Virus record (IMG/VR): IMGVR_UViG_3300032782_000001
Coordinates: 116,404-180,403 of that record
Direction: 5' to 3' (one strand)
DNA length: 64,000 nucleotides
From: a virus
Below the pieces are notes generated by a model. The model saw only the letters and a list, made by a program, of their open reading frames with translations, did not search any database and was not told the DNA's origin. Positions 26,680-36,347 of the stretch are shown one piece after another. A program made the translations under genes and the position numbers. Each line of letters starts with the position of its first letter. Within the stretch, counting starts at the first letter, position 1.

Positions 26680-26858
26680 AACGACTTAGCTATTCTGACC
26701 TGAGGGAAGCCAAGACGGCGGCCCTGGAAAGGCTGGCGAAGGCCATTGCTGTTCGGATTCCCTCAGGTCAAATATCGGAAAAAGAGTATCGTAGTCGTCT
26801 CATCTACGCCATAATGAGGAAAGAAAAAGAAATCTCCCGTGCACCCCGTAATAGATAA
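26676..26858 (+). CDS. hypothetical small basic protein (GTG start overlapping HNH stop)
   Basis: GGTGA overlap; 60 aa. Confidence 0.3.
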   Translation: MKRLSYSDLREAKTAALERLAKAIAVRIPSGQISEKEYRSRLIYAIMRKEKEISRAPRNR

Positions 26859-26873
26859 TGATGAGGTCGGACC

Positions 26874-27146
26874 GTGGTCCGTCGAAATCCGAAACACCTC
26901 CCAAAATCCTTCAATCTCCAGGGTCCAATCCACATCCCTGAGGCTTCGAACCTTGGAGATTCAGTTGCGGCAGCGAGTGTGGAAATGGCTGCGTTCAACT
27001 CGCCCCCTCAAGGGGAACTCATCTACCAAAAATTCCACGCGTTGACTCGCTGTCCACAATGCGATTCCATCATCGATCCCAGTAAAAGTGATCACGGTTC
27101 AGAAGAATGTAACCGTCGAATTGTGCTTCAGGTTATGGAGTCCTGA
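26874..27146 (+). CDS. small zinc-ribbon protein, C-terminal ...VLQVMES
   Basis: CPQC...ECNRRIVLQVMES. Confidence 0.5.
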   Translation: MVRRNPKHLPKSFNLQGPIHIPEASNLGDSVAAASVEMAAFNSPPQGELIYQKFHALTRCPQCDSIIDPSKSDHGSEECNRRIVLQVMES

Positions 27147-27163
27147 AAATGTAACGTAATACC

Positions 27164-27361
27164 ATGACCATGCCCTCCGATCGGAAGGATTGGGAAGGAC
27201 TCTCAGCTCTTCAGCTCCTTGAAAGGGTCCTAGTTGAGAATCGACAGCTCAACGAAAATATGACTTCCGTGCAAAACCGTAGTAGTGAACTTCTCGAGAA
27301 AGCTCGAGCATGGCGGAAAAGGCTTATTGAACTCGGGGAACCAGACCCCGGTCCTCCCTGA
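27164..27361 (+). CDS. hypothetical small helical protein
   Basis: 65-aa ORF. Confidence 0.45.
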   Translation: MTMPSDRKDWEGLSALQLLERVLVENRQLNENMTSVQNRSSELLEKARAWRKRLIELGEPDPGPP

Positions 27362-27382
27362 CTGTTAATTGGCTCGAGAAGT

Positions 27383-27946
27383 GTGAGCCACCAAAGGCGA
27401 TCCAGTATTAAACAGAATGAACGTGAAATTGGGAAACTCCGAGGCCCTCGCGGATATAGACTGTGTCGCTTTTGTCGCAAAGAAGTAATGCCTCCACGGC
27501 AGACTTTCTGTAGCGATTATTGTGTTCATGAATGGAGAATCCGTTCAGATCCTCAGTATTTGAGGAAGTTCGTCTATGAACGAGATCTTGGCATTTGTGC
27601 CATATGCCATGTAGATACTCGGTATATCCGCATAGCTCTAGAGAATGCCGCGCGAGATTCCATGATCGCCAGTGGTGTGTGGTATTGGAAAGACCATCCA
27701 ATATTTCTTGCTGAATGCAAGAAATATGGACTCACGGTCAAAGAGTCTGCGAAATCTCTTTGGCAAGCCGATCATATTATTGAAGTAGTTGATGGTGGGG
27801 GCGAGACAGATCTATCCAATATCCGCACTCTTTGCATACCGTGTCATAAACAAAAAACCCGGTCTGCTAACGCAGTGCGGAAACAAATGGCTTACGTGGA
27901 CAAGGACTTAGCACCACTTCCCGACGTCAAACGTCTCATCGACTAG
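27383..27946 (+). CDS. HNH endonuclease
   Basis: N-terminal CRFC...C..C zinc finger and HIIEVVDGGGETDLSNIRTLCIPCH HNH motif. Confidence 0.75.
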   Translation: MSHQRRSSIKQNEREIGKLRGPRGYRLCRFCRKEVMPPRQTFCSDYCVHEWRIRSDPQYLRKFVYERDLGICAICHVDTRYIRIALENAARDSMIASGVWYWKDHPIFLAECKKYGLTVKESAKSLWQADHIIEVVDGGGETDLSNIRTLCIPCHKQKTRSANAVRKQMAYVDKDLAPLPDVKRLID

Positions 27947-28659
27947 GCTGCACGACGCCTGCGCCTGGCAGGCTCCACGGCCGGGTCGACCACGGGGGCT
28001 TGAGGGGCTTGAGGGGCTTCCAATTGAAGGCGGTTAATTCCCGCCAGGTTGGCAAATCCATCTCCGGCTGGGACTACAAATGCATCTCCCATGGTCTCGG
28101 GATGATAATTCTTGTTCGCGATCTTGAAAAACTGATCCGGATGGGATTGGAGCATGAATTTCTGAATCAGCATTTGATCAGGAATAGGAATGTTGAATAC
28201 TTTGAATATGACACAAAATTTTGCTGTGACTTCCCCATCTTCTACCCTGGAAACATTCCAGCAGGAAGAATTTTCGATCCGATAAAGGAATCCGTCTGAA
28301 GACCGAACGTGGAAATGTTTGAAACGTCTAAATTCAGACTTCTGATCTTTATCTAAATGTCGACGTAGAAGTTTGGCCGCCTTTTTGGTGGCGACGACCA
28401 TCTCCTTCGCTTCGATTTGCGTTTGGGTGCCGCGCCTGTCGAAATATGCCGCGCGAACTTCCGGGACTAGACTGATCTCAGATAAAGACCAAGACCAAAC
28501 GTGCTCTTCGTTACAACAAGAGCAACTGAATCCGATTCGCCTTTCGAAAGGCCAGCCTTCAGCGCGGAATTGGGAATGATCTCGATGCTCAGTCCAAGAT
28601 CGTCGACGATGGTCCGGATCACGATCTCCAACAGCTCTTACAACCTCTTCTACCTGCAT
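27943..28659 (-). CDS. member of paralogous family (with 29651 and 30333 genes); APQAPQAP repeat
   Basis: Shares LLRRHL..DQ...F..FHV..SDGFLYRI...KFCVIFK...PDQMLIQKFMLQSHPDQFFKIAN block with two plus-strand paralogs. Confidence 0.55.
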   Translation of the reverse strand: MQVEEVVRAVGDRDPDHRRRSWTEHRDHSQFRAEGWPFERRIGFSCSCCNEEHVWSWSLSEISLVPEVRAAYFDRRGTQTQIEAKEMVVATKKAAKLLRRHLDKDQKSEFRRFKHFHVRSSDGFLYRIENSSCWNVSRVEDGEVTAKFCVIFKVFNIPIPDQMLIQKFMLQSHPDQFFKIANKNYHPETMGDAFVVPAGDGFANLAGINRLQLEAPQAPQAPVVDPAVEPARRRRRAA

Positions 28660-28759
28660 TCTTCATTAATACACCCAAAAAGCTCGAGCGGCTTCCGATA
28701 GAGTATCGTTAGGTAGAGCATGGCTCTGCGTGCTGGTAGTCTTAGAACAGATCCGAGCC

Positions 28760-29221
28760 ATGGCAAAGAATAAAAAACCCCCGGTCAGACTGATTCTCTC
28801 TCTTCCGGAAGAAATAGCGTCGGGACTGGATAAAGAAATCAGGAAGCTCCGGAAGCGCCATCCGGGTGTCCATCCGACAAGAGCTAGTATTACTCTCGCT
28901 CTAATCAAGAGCGGGTTGCTTAGGCGTGTAGACACGAAGGAAGAGCGCAATGAGTCTTATAAACTCATAGTGCGGGAAGCCAATATTTTCAAGAATCGCG
29001 GTAAAGAAGCTATGAAAGCGGGTGATGATGTCGGGGCTCGAGCTCTATATCTGAAAGCAGCAGCAGCAGAACTCGATGCCCTTTCCGTTTTAGGTACGAA
29101 TGACGAAGTCGCTACCAAAACGGTGGTCATTGAAATGTTACTTCTTTTGAAAGCAGCTACAGGTTATAAGCATCTACCAGAAGTACCGCTTAGCATGGAT
29201 GCTCCATTACATAATTCTTGA
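28760..29221 (+). CDS. putative ribbon-helix-helix (CopG/Arc-like) DNA-binding protein
   Basis: MAKNKKPPVRLILSLPEEIASGLDKEIRKL resembles RHH N-terminal strand-helix. Confidence 0.45.
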   Translation: MAKNKKPPVRLILSLPEEIASGLDKEIRKLRKRHPGVHPTRASITLALIKSGLLRRVDTKEERNESYKLIVREANIFKNRGKEAMKAGDDVGARALYLKAAAAELDALSVLGTNDEVATKTVVIEMLLLLKAATGYKHLPEVPLSMDAPLHNS

Positions 29222-29266
29222 ACATGGTTCCATTGTATTGTGACTGAAGCCCGCTAGGAGGATCAA

Positions 29267-29563
29267 ATGGACACTCAGATTCAGACTCAGACTGCCGACG
29301 AATTCTCCGCCAAGAACTCTCTCCAGGGCACCGGATTTGGAGAGCTTGCCATCATGGGCAAGGAAGGCGATACCAAGATCATGTGGGACAAGTCCAAGCC
29401 CGTCGAAGTGGACACTGCTCGGGATACTTTCAAGCGCCTTCGCAAGGAAGGATACCTCATCTATCGCGTCGTTGGTGAGAAGGGCGACAAGGGCGAGCAG
29501 ATGAATGAATTCGACCCCGATGCTGGCCGACTCATTGCAGCTCCTGCGATGACGGGTGGATAG
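29267..29563 (+). CDS. hypothetical small protein with strong RBS
   Basis: SD TAGGAGGA 6 nt before ATG; 98 aa; hairpins downstream. Confidence 0.6.
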   Translation: MDTQIQTQTADEFSAKNSLQGTGFGELAIMGKEGDTKIMWDKSKPVEVDTARDTFKRLRKEGYLIYRVVGEKGDKGEQMNEFDPDAGRLIAAPAMTGG

Positions 29564-29650
29564 CGATCATACTGTCGTTCAAGTGGCTCCATAGCCGCAT
29601 TCATGGAATAGCCACAAACAACGGCATTTGTTTGCATGTAAACTCGGCTG

Positions 29651-30343
29651 ATGCCGATCTATGGTAGAGACAAGGGGCTTTCAAAAGAGGTGCTTGAAGC
29701 CCGGGCCAGAGCGGAGCGGCTCCTTCGTAGCCATCTGAGTCCGGATCAGGTCCGTGATTTGGACCAGCACAACTGGTTCGAAGTCCACGTGGCAGACCGA
29801 GTCTATCGGCTGCTCCGCGGTCGGATGGGGAATGTCCGTCTCATGTGCGACGGGAAAGCCGTCGCACAGTTCTGCATCCATCCCAAGACGGATGTTCCCG
29901 ATGCCGACACGATGCTTGCTCAAAAGCTCATGCTTGAAAGTGACGAGGAGTCGTTCCTGCGCATCGCTAACCGATCAGAACTAATGGGTCGGTATGATGG
30001 CCTTTACGAGGGCAGTCGAGTCCGTCGAGGAACCGGTCCTGTTGAAGTACGGCCTCTCGATCCAGTGGCACGAGAAGAAATCATTACGCGTAGTCTCTTA
30101 ACTGCTGAAGGACGAGAGAGACTAGCATCGGCTGTTTGGACCGCCGCTCGATATCATCGGATTGCCAATCCTAATGCGAGCTCTGAAACTACCTCTGCTG
30201 AACCCCCGGCTCGTGTTGGACAACTTGAAATCGCAGCTAGATTAGCTGCTGCATATCAGCCCGGTGATCACAGGATCGTTAGGGCTATGAAGAAATGGGC
30301 AGCGTTTTCCAGACATTTGACGGAGATCTCCAATGCCGCTTGA
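29651..30343 (+). CDS. paralogous-family protein (LLRSHLSPDQ...FCIHPKTDVPDADTMLAQKLMLESDEESFLRIAN)
   Basis: Conserved ~90-aa block shared with 30333 and 27943(-). Confidence 0.6.
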   Translation: MPIYGRDKGLSKEVLEARARAERLLRSHLSPDQVRDLDQHNWFEVHVADRVYRLLRGRMGNVRLMCDGKAVAQFCIHPKTDVPDADTMLAQKLMLESDEESFLRIANRSELMGRYDGLYEGSRVRRGTGPVEVRPLDPVAREEIITRSLLTAEGRERLASAVWTAARYHRIANPNASSETTSAEPPARVGQLEIAARLAAAYQPGDHRIVRAMKKWAAFSRHLTEISNAA

Positions 30344-31196
30344 TTCACTTGTTCGAGCAGTAAATGAAATTCAAACCACGAATTCAGGGCCGATTTTGAC
30401 TGCGGCCACGGGAGCTGGAACCGTGAACTGCGTATGGGGACCTTGGAACGTCCAGTTTATTCAGACTGGGACTTCTACCACTACGTATACGGCCACTAAT
30501 GCTACCAATGATTCTTGGGTTGTCTGGAATCAACAGATGGCCCATGAGCTCCAACGAGCTGTTAACGCTGCTAGTGCAGCTATGACGTCAGTTGGATATG
30601 CTGTCACCAACACCATCACCGACGCGACGTCCGCTCTTTCCAACTCCAGTATTTGGACCATTTGGAATCAAACCATTTCCACAATCTCCACTACCAATAC
30701 TTGGACCGTTTGGAACGAGCAGCTTCGAAACGCCAATCCACAACAAGTTCGCCAAGCCGTCGAAAGGCGACGTCCTTCGGAAGAGGAAGTTAGGGCGAAC
30801 TTGGAGCGCGAGAAAACCTGGCGCGAAGCAGAAGAAAAACGGAAGAGGGAAGAGGAAGAAGCCAAGGCGAAGGCCGAAATTCTTCTTCGTCGTCATCTTT
30901 CACCTGAACAACAAGAAGACCTGGATAAGAAGAATTGTTTCTTCCTTCATATTGGGGAAGAAAGATATCAAATTGTCCGAGGACAACATGGAAACGTCAA
31001 GCTTTTGGATGAAGATGGGAAGATTAAGAGGTCTTTCTGCATTCATCCGAAGGTGAAAGTCCCGGATGCAGATGCAATGCTCGCTCAGAAGTTTCTTCTA
31101 GAAACGGACAAGGATGCATTCTACAAGATTGCCAATATCACCGAATATGGTGGTCGGGGCGGTGCGCTTCCGCCTGCGGCCAACGCCAATCGATAG
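30333..31196 (+). CDS. paralogous-family protein with N-terminal W-x-x-WN repeats and charged coiled coil
   Basis: LLRRHLSPEQ...FCIHPKVKVPDADAMLAQKFLLETDKDAFYKIAN; repeats WTIWNQ/WTVWNE/VVWNQ. Confidence 0.6.
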   Translation: MPLDSLVRAVNEIQTTNSGPILTAATGAGTVNCVWGPWNVQFIQTGTSTTTYTATNATNDSWVVWNQQMAHELQRAVNAASAAMTSVGYAVTNTITDATSALSNSSIWTIWNQTISTISTTNTWTVWNEQLRNANPQQVRQAVERRRPSEEEVRANLEREKTWREAEEKRKREEEEAKAKAEILLRRHLSPEQQEDLDKKNCFFLHIGEERYQIVRGQHGNVKLLDEDGKIKRSFCIHPKVKVPDADAMLAQKFLLETDKDAFYKIANITEYGGRGGALPPAANANR

Positions 31197-31205
31197 GGTG
31201 GCTCC

Positions 31206-31381
31206 ATGGACGAGGCAAGTCGGGTAGCCCAACAAATCCATAATCAATGGCCTTTCATACCCGAAGAGGATGCTAAGGCTTTCTATCTTTCTCTCGGAAT
31301 GATTACTGTGGGTGAAGGGACTGTTCGTGTTAGTCTTTGGGTTTTGGCTCGAGTAATTGAGCACAAAATGGGCAAAAACTA
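31206..31381 (+). CDS. hypothetical 58-aa protein (below ORF-track cutoff)
   Basis: ATG 31206, TAA overlapping next gene ATG (TAATG); preferable to minus ORF 31098..31364. Confidence 0.35.
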
Positions 31382-31843
31382 ATGCAACCCACTTATCTTA
31401 TCGGAGATGCTACTCGTCCCGTAGCGGATGGACCAAAAGTAATTATACATATCGTGAACACCGCAGGTCGGTGGGGTGCCGGCTTTGTGAAAGCAATTTC
31501 ACGGAGATGGTCAGATCCTGAGAAACGCTACAGGAAGTGGGCTAAAGAAGAAAGCTTCAAACTAGGGGAGGTCCAGTTCGTCCAAGTTGATCATGATATT
31601 TGGATTGCCAATATGGTAGCTCAGCTCGGAATTGGAGAGCTGAACGGCCCTCCCATAAGATACGAAGCCTTAGAACAATGTCTTCAAAAAGTGGCGATTT
31701 TCGCACTTGAGAAAGGAGCCACTGTCCACGCACCGAGGATTGGATGCGGTCTTGCTGGAGGAAAATGGTCCAAGGTGGGACTTCTCGTGGAATACGAGCT
31801 TTGTAACGCCGGAGTAGGTGTTTTCATTTACGATCTCAGCTAA
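31382..31843 (+). CDS. macro domain protein (ADP-ribose binding/hydrolase)
   Basis: LIGDATRP...VIIHIVNTAGRWGAGFVKAI and HAPRIGCGLAGG match macro-domain fingerprints. Confidence 0.7.
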   Translation: MQPTYLIGDATRPVADGPKVIIHIVNTAGRWGAGFVKAISRRWSDPEKRYRKWAKEESFKLGEVQFVQVDHDIWIANMVAQLGIGELNGPPIRYEALEQCLQKVAIFALEKGATVHAPRIGCGLAGGKWSKVGLLVEYELCNAGVGVFIYDLS

Positions 31844-31876
31844 TCAAATTCGTAGACTCATGACGTAGAGGCAGTC

Positions 31877-34090
31877 GTGAGCGACGAAATTCAGAAGATT
31901 CCGAAAATTCCGAATCCTTCCGGTAAGTCCGCCGTTGACGGAGAGCCCGAAGACCTAATTCAAATCGGCCAGTGGTACTGGGTCAAAAATCAAAAGGATA
32001 AAGACCCTTGGTTTGGGTGCGTCGTCCACGTTGGGACGAACTACGCAGAAGTCCAAGCTCCTCGGTATGGCTCCAGCAGGATTCATTTCGATAATTTCTT
32101 TTCCATTTGCTCTTTGGAGCCTAATCCGGATGCGGTAATCGATAAGGAGATTTCCGAGCATCAAACGGAAGTCAATCGGCTCCTTGGACGCGTGAAAGAA
32201 GTCACCGCCCAGCTCTCTATTGTCCCGAATCCTCTTCTCCAGTCTGGCAACGAAACACGAGCACTCGCGCTCCGTGGTCCAGGCCAGGATATGGGCGAAT
32301 ATGGGAAGGCGCTAGAGAAAGCCAAGAAGGAGATTCTTCCTGACTTATTCCGTCGGATTCAAAGCACCAACGAATCTCTGGCAGCATGGATGACCGCTAA
32401 GATCGTCCCGTTGAAAGCTCAAGCTAAAGGTCTTGATTCCATCATTGGAGCCATCAACGAACGCATCTTCTCGGTGGAGCTTTACGCCGGGCTGACCGAG
32501 AACGTTGAGAAAATTCGCGATGGAGAACCTGCACCACTTTCCACAAAAGTTCATCTCTTTCAGCGTCGCTGTTACATGGACGAAGAGTGTCTTGCCCATT
32601 ATGAAACGGGCGGCATATCATTCCGCAACATTCACGAATTCGATAACTGGATCGCACGAGAAGACAATCTGAATAGATTGTTTCCATTCCCTCGATCCAT
32701 CGTTGCCTTTCGTGTCCGTCGTTCGGAAAAACATCGAGAGATCATCAATTTCTCAGATTTTATCTCTCTTGAAGGAGAACTCAACGCAGATAAATGGACT
32801 TTCCTCTACATCCGGAATGGAGCTCAACTCTTTCGGATGGATACGAAAATCGAATTCGGTCATAAATTATTCCCGGATCTCGGTCATAATTCCCTCGTGG
32901 GAAAACTGTGGGCGGAAATGTTCGCCGGCAACGTCAAAAGACTCATCACAGACAACGAACACACTGGCATTATCGAGGATTTAGAGCGAGAACGAAAAGA
33001 ATGGAGGAAAAAGGATAAAGCTTTCCAGCAAGCCAAGAAGGCTGGAAAGAAAACTTCTGACGACGCAGAAGTTAACTGGCCAGGATTCGAACCAAGGCTC
33101 TTCCATGATTACGAGCCTTACGATCGTTCGAGCGTATACAAGGATGATATTGCGGAGAAAATTCAAGACGAAATCCGTGAACACAATCGAATCGGACTTG
33201 TCATTCAAGGACTCCTCGATAGATCTCCCGTTCTTCATCCGCACCCGCCTTGGCAGATTTGGACCCCAGATGGGTTCAATATGGCCTTGGAGCTTGTCTA
33301 TGATGAGAGCAGGACTCTGACCACGGGTGAGGCTCCCGACTTCGAAGCGTATCGCGCGCGATTGAACCAGTCTCTCAAGACGGGTTCAGTCACTGTTGGT
33401 CAGCAAGAAGCTTGGCTTAGATATGAGGCCAAGAAGGAATCCGATCGCCGAGATCGTGATTATCGTTATGCCAGGGAGCATTACCGACCTTCCCATTTCC
33501 AACCCCACGGGAATCCGGGGCCTGGAATTCTCGCGAAGGTTATGAATTTCAACAAGAACACCAAAGAGTGTTCGTACTCTTGGAATCGGGAACGTCAAAC
33601 TCACCCTAATTACGGAAGTCCAATTCGCACGACGTTTTCCTGTGTCTCCGGAATCGTGTTGAACGTGGATGCATACACCCCTGGAGATTTCAAAATTTTC
33701 TTCAATGATCCGAGAACCCGTGCCGATTACCTCCAGTGGGCTCCTTTGCTCTTGGAAGCAGAAGAATATCACGCCGGAAACCGGAAAGTAGTAGAACCGG
33801 CGCCTCCTGGTCCAAAAATCGAAAGTAGTTGGGAAGGTCAAAAAAGGTACGAAAATCGCAAAATCCGAAAGCAGCTTATGGGTAAAGCTGTTAGATTGGT
33901 TCGTGATGTCAAAATGATGGACGGGACCGTCTACAAGTCCGGATCACTTTGGCGAGTAATTGGAGGTTCTGGACGAGATTTTGAAATTGAAGGAATCGAG
34001 ACTGACGGGACCCCTTCCAAGAAGTCCCGAGGCATCCGGAAGATGCGTGCGCACGACTTCGAAGTAGATCCGGACATTCCGGAAAAGTAG
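31877..34090 (+). CDS. large hypothetical protein (737 aa)
   Basis: Long uninterrupted ORF, GTG start; no recognisable motif. Confidence 0.65.
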   Translation: MSDEIQKIPKIPNPSGKSAVDGEPEDLIQIGQWYWVKNQKDKDPWFGCVVHVGTNYAEVQAPRYGSSRIHFDNFFSICSLEPNPDAVIDKEISEHQTEVNRLLGRVKEVTAQLSIVPNPLLQSGNETRALALRGPGQDMGEYGKALEKAKKEILPDLFRRIQSTNESLAAWMTAKIVPLKAQAKGLDSIIGAINERIFSVELYAGLTENVEKIRDGEPAPLSTKVHLFQRRCYMDEECLAHYETGGISFRNIHEFDNWIAREDNLNRLFPFPRSIVAFRVRRSEKHREIINFSDFISLEGELNADKWTFLYIRNGAQLFRMDTKIEFGHKLFPDLGHNSLVGKLWAEMFAGNVKRLITDNEHTGIIEDLERERKEWRKKDKAFQQAKKAGKKTSDDAEVNWPGFEPRLFHDYEPYDRSSVYKDDIAEKIQDEIREHNRIGLVIQGLLDRSPVLHPHPPWQIWTPDGFNMALELVYDESRTLTTGEAPDFEAYRARLNQSLKTGSVTVGQQEAWLRYEAKKESDRRDRDYRYAREHYRPSHFQPHGNPGPGILAKVMNFNKNTKECSYSWNRERQTHPNYGSPIRTTFSCVSGIVLNVDAYTPGDFKIFFNDPRTRADYLQWAPLLLEAEEYHAGNRKVVEPAPPGPKIESSWEGQKRYENRKIRKQLMGKAVRLVRDVKMMDGTVYKSGSLWRVIGGSGRDFEIEGIETDGTPSKKSRGIRKMRAHDFEVDPDIPEK

Positions 34091-34091
34091 A

Positions 34092-34424
34092 TCAGCAGTT
34101 CCTCAGGAAAAGAGTGAGGAATGCAAGCGCTAGTGCCGTTCCCACGGCAAAAGCTATAATGACCTTTTTACTAACTCCGGAAGGAGGCTTAGCAAGCCCG
34201 GAGAAAGACGGTTGAGTGATTCGAATAGCGACGAACTTACCTGTATCACCCGCTTTCTTAGCCCAGGAGACATCGAACTGAGTCCTTTGGTAGCCACAAT
34301 TGCCACATTGAGATTGGGAAGCGTTTACACGCATACCACAAATCCGACAGTTCCACAACAAATCCATGTCCCCTCCTTCTATCATATTAGTTTCAATGAA
34401 CGGGCCATGAACTTGTTGTAACAT
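34092..34424 (-). CDS. zinc-ribbon membrane protein
   Basis: CRIC...CGNC followed by C-terminal TM helix. Confidence 0.5.
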   Translation of the reverse strand: MLQQVHGPFIETNMIEGGDMDLLWNCRICGMRVNASQSQCGNCGYQRTQFDVSWAKKAGDTGKFVAIRITQPSFSGLAKPPSGVSKKVIIAFAVGTALALAFLTLFLRNC

Positions 34425-34432
34425 GTTTTACT

Positions 34433-34954
34433 GTGCCGAATGGGTTGAAAGTCAATAGTATTTCCATTCAATCTGAACCTGTTTCTCGTGTCATGGGAGA
34501 TCTTTGGATGGGTGGATTACCCCCTATTGGCACTCCCGTATCCGAGCATTTCGATTGTCTTGTGCTCGCGGCAATGGAATACCAATGTGATTGGGACTAT
34601 CCAGGAGTGGAAGTAGTCTTAGCACCATTAAATGATGATGGTAATCCTATGACGCGAGACGAAATGTCTCACGCTGTCCGAGCAGCCGGACGTGTTTCCA
34701 GATGGTTGATGGAAAGGAAGTCCGTACTGGTAACCTGTCGTATGGGTAAGAATAGGTCTGGTCTCATATGTGCATTGACCTTATGCTGTGGACCTACTGG
34801 TCTAACTCCAGAACAGGCTGTTTCCAAAATTCGAGCAGCCCGAGGTCAAAATGCTTTAGGAAACCGTCAGTTTTTGAAATTCATCAAGGAATTTTACGAA
34901 CTAAGAGCCGACTCTCTAAAAGGAGTTGATAGGCTTCGTTCGGAGATACCTTAG
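34433..34954 (+). CDS. dual-specificity protein phosphatase (CX5R)
   Basis: VLVTCRMGKNRSG = HCxxGxxRS P-loop signature. Confidence 0.75.
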   Translation: MPNGLKVNSISIQSEPVSRVMGDLWMGGLPPIGTPVSEHFDCLVLAAMEYQCDWDYPGVEVVLAPLNDDGNPMTRDEMSHAVRAAGRVSRWLMERKSVLVTCRMGKNRSGLICALTLCCGPTGLTPEQAVSKIRAARGQNALGNRQFLKFIKEFYELRADSLKGVDRLRSEIP

Positions 34955-35441
34955 GACTGGCATTGAAATGAATGTGTCCCGCCATGGGACCATCCCATTT
35001 CCAAGCCCAATCACCATTCAAATAATTATTACGTCCGCACCATTCCACCAAGGCGAACCGACACATTCGTTCCATAGCCTGGACGAGGAGAATGTCATTA
35101 GGTGGAGTTTGACTATTTTGCGATTTAATCTTTTTGGAAATTTCTTCTAATTTAGAGGCCACTTGAACAACTAGGTCGTCGGACCATCGTGATAAAATCT
35201 CGTGTGGGTTTTCCAAGCCGGTCGGTTCCAGACACATTGATATCAACTGGAAGAAGGCTTCTACTCCATCGTTATTATTTGGAATCATGTCCTTGACATG
35301 TTCTTGTAGTAAAACAGAAACAGACTCTTTCAAAAAGAGTCGTTTGGTTTGGTTTTTTCCGTCTTCTTGTTGAGACAAGGTTCCCTCCGAATCATTATGG
35401 TACACCTGAATTCGTAAGAAAAGTACCGTCCAGTATGACAC
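34884..35441 (-). CDS. hypothetical protein
   Basis: 185-aa minus ORF; 3' overlap with phosphatase gene; true start possibly internal. Confidence 0.4.
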   Translation of the reverse strand: MSYWTVLFLRIQVYHNDSEGTLSQQEDGKNQTKRLFLKESVSVLLQEHVKDMIPNNNDGVEAFFQLISMCLEPTGLENPHEILSRWSDDLVVQVASKLEEISKKIKSQNSQTPPNDILLVQAMERMCRFALVEWCGRNNYLNGDWAWKWDGPMAGHIHFNASPKVSPNEAYQLLLESRLLVRKIP

Positions 35442-35791
35442 TGGCGGCTCGAGAGATCAAGAAGCAGTTATTGATTAAATCTGTGGGATATGGAGTGATG
35501 ATGGCTGAAGTGGTTCCCACTCCGGAACGGACGCTTCCAGCCAATGGTCATTTAGGAGAGCATTCCAAGGAACTCGACAAATTTGTTCGCATGTCAGGAA
35601 TGGAAGTACAAGAAGTTTTAGCGGATCCAGAAGACCCTTCCAAAGCTGTCATTCTTTTACCTGAAGGTCTGCCTCCTTGCATTCACGAGAAGAATCAAAC
35701 CGGGGATGAAGATTGGGCCCGTTTACAACGGATTCTGGAGGTTACGGGGAACCAGCGCCTAGCATCAAGGTTGGAATTGCTGAAGACATGA
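35435..35791 (+). CDS. hypothetical protein
   Basis: 118-aa ORF. Confidence 0.45.
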   Translation: MTLAAREIKKQLLIKSVGYGVMMAEVVPTPERTLPANGHLGEHSKELDKFVRMSGMEVQEVLADPEDPSKAVILLPEGLPPCIHEKNQTGDEDWARLQRILEVTGNQRLASRLELLKT

Positions 35792-35817
35792 GTTCTGGTG
35801 TACTTATCAGGTGAATT

Positions 35818-36165
35818 TTGACCAAAGAAGAAGACGAGAGGACGGCATTCGAAATATGGTGCTGTTTTTATTTCGCGCGGGCCGTCTTCGGAAAACTCGT
35901 ACAAGAGTATCCATCACCAGGTCTACTTGGAGGAGCCAAGGACAAACTCCGAGTCTTAGAAAACGACGCAGCATTGGCCAAGAATGCAAAGCGGGCTATT
36001 TCTATTCGACGGATCCCATTCATCTCGTTGGAAATAGGCCGGAGAGAAGCTGCGGTGTTGTCCGACAAAAGTTATCAAGAACTCCGCGAAACGGCGCTCC
36101 GGAGTCCATGCCTGGACGAAATGGCAACCTGGGAAGTAATTGTAGCTCTAGTCATGGACTCGTAA
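35818..36165 (+). CDS. hypothetical protein, C-terminal ...IVALVMDS
   Basis: Preferred over overlapping frame 35811..36341 (Arg/Ser-rich, non-protein-like). Confidence 0.45.
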   Translation: MTKEEDERTAFEIWCCFYFARAVFGKLVQEYPSPGLLGGAKDKLRVLENDAALAKNAKRAISIRRIPFISLEIGRREAAVLSDKSYQELRETALRSPCLDEMATWEVIVALVMDS

Positions 36166-36347
36166 AACTCCCTTCATACATACCTTCGGTATTGAATCCG
36201 AAAGATGTAAAAAGGGCTTTGGAAGAAGCCAATTTAGTATTGGTTCATGGACATGTAAGAAACCGTCAGTTTACTGATTCCGCATTCATTCTAGCCTTTC
36301 TCTTCCTCATTATCGCAACAATGTTAGTAACTTCGTGTTAAACAGCA

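Noticed and set aside
27990-28017. Tandem GGGGCTTGA x3 and similar short tandem repeats (50401-50460, 57560-57780, 8270-8330)
   Set aside because: All are in-frame coding repeats (APQ, PAPT, AKPAKA, ETEE linkers), not CRISPR or non-coding arrays. No CRISPR array was seen anywhere in the window.
35811-36341. 176-aa ORF overlapping 35818..36165 in another frame
   Set aside because: Arg/Ser-rich, low-complexity translation. The alternative frame gives a protein-like sequence ending in the family VMDS tail.
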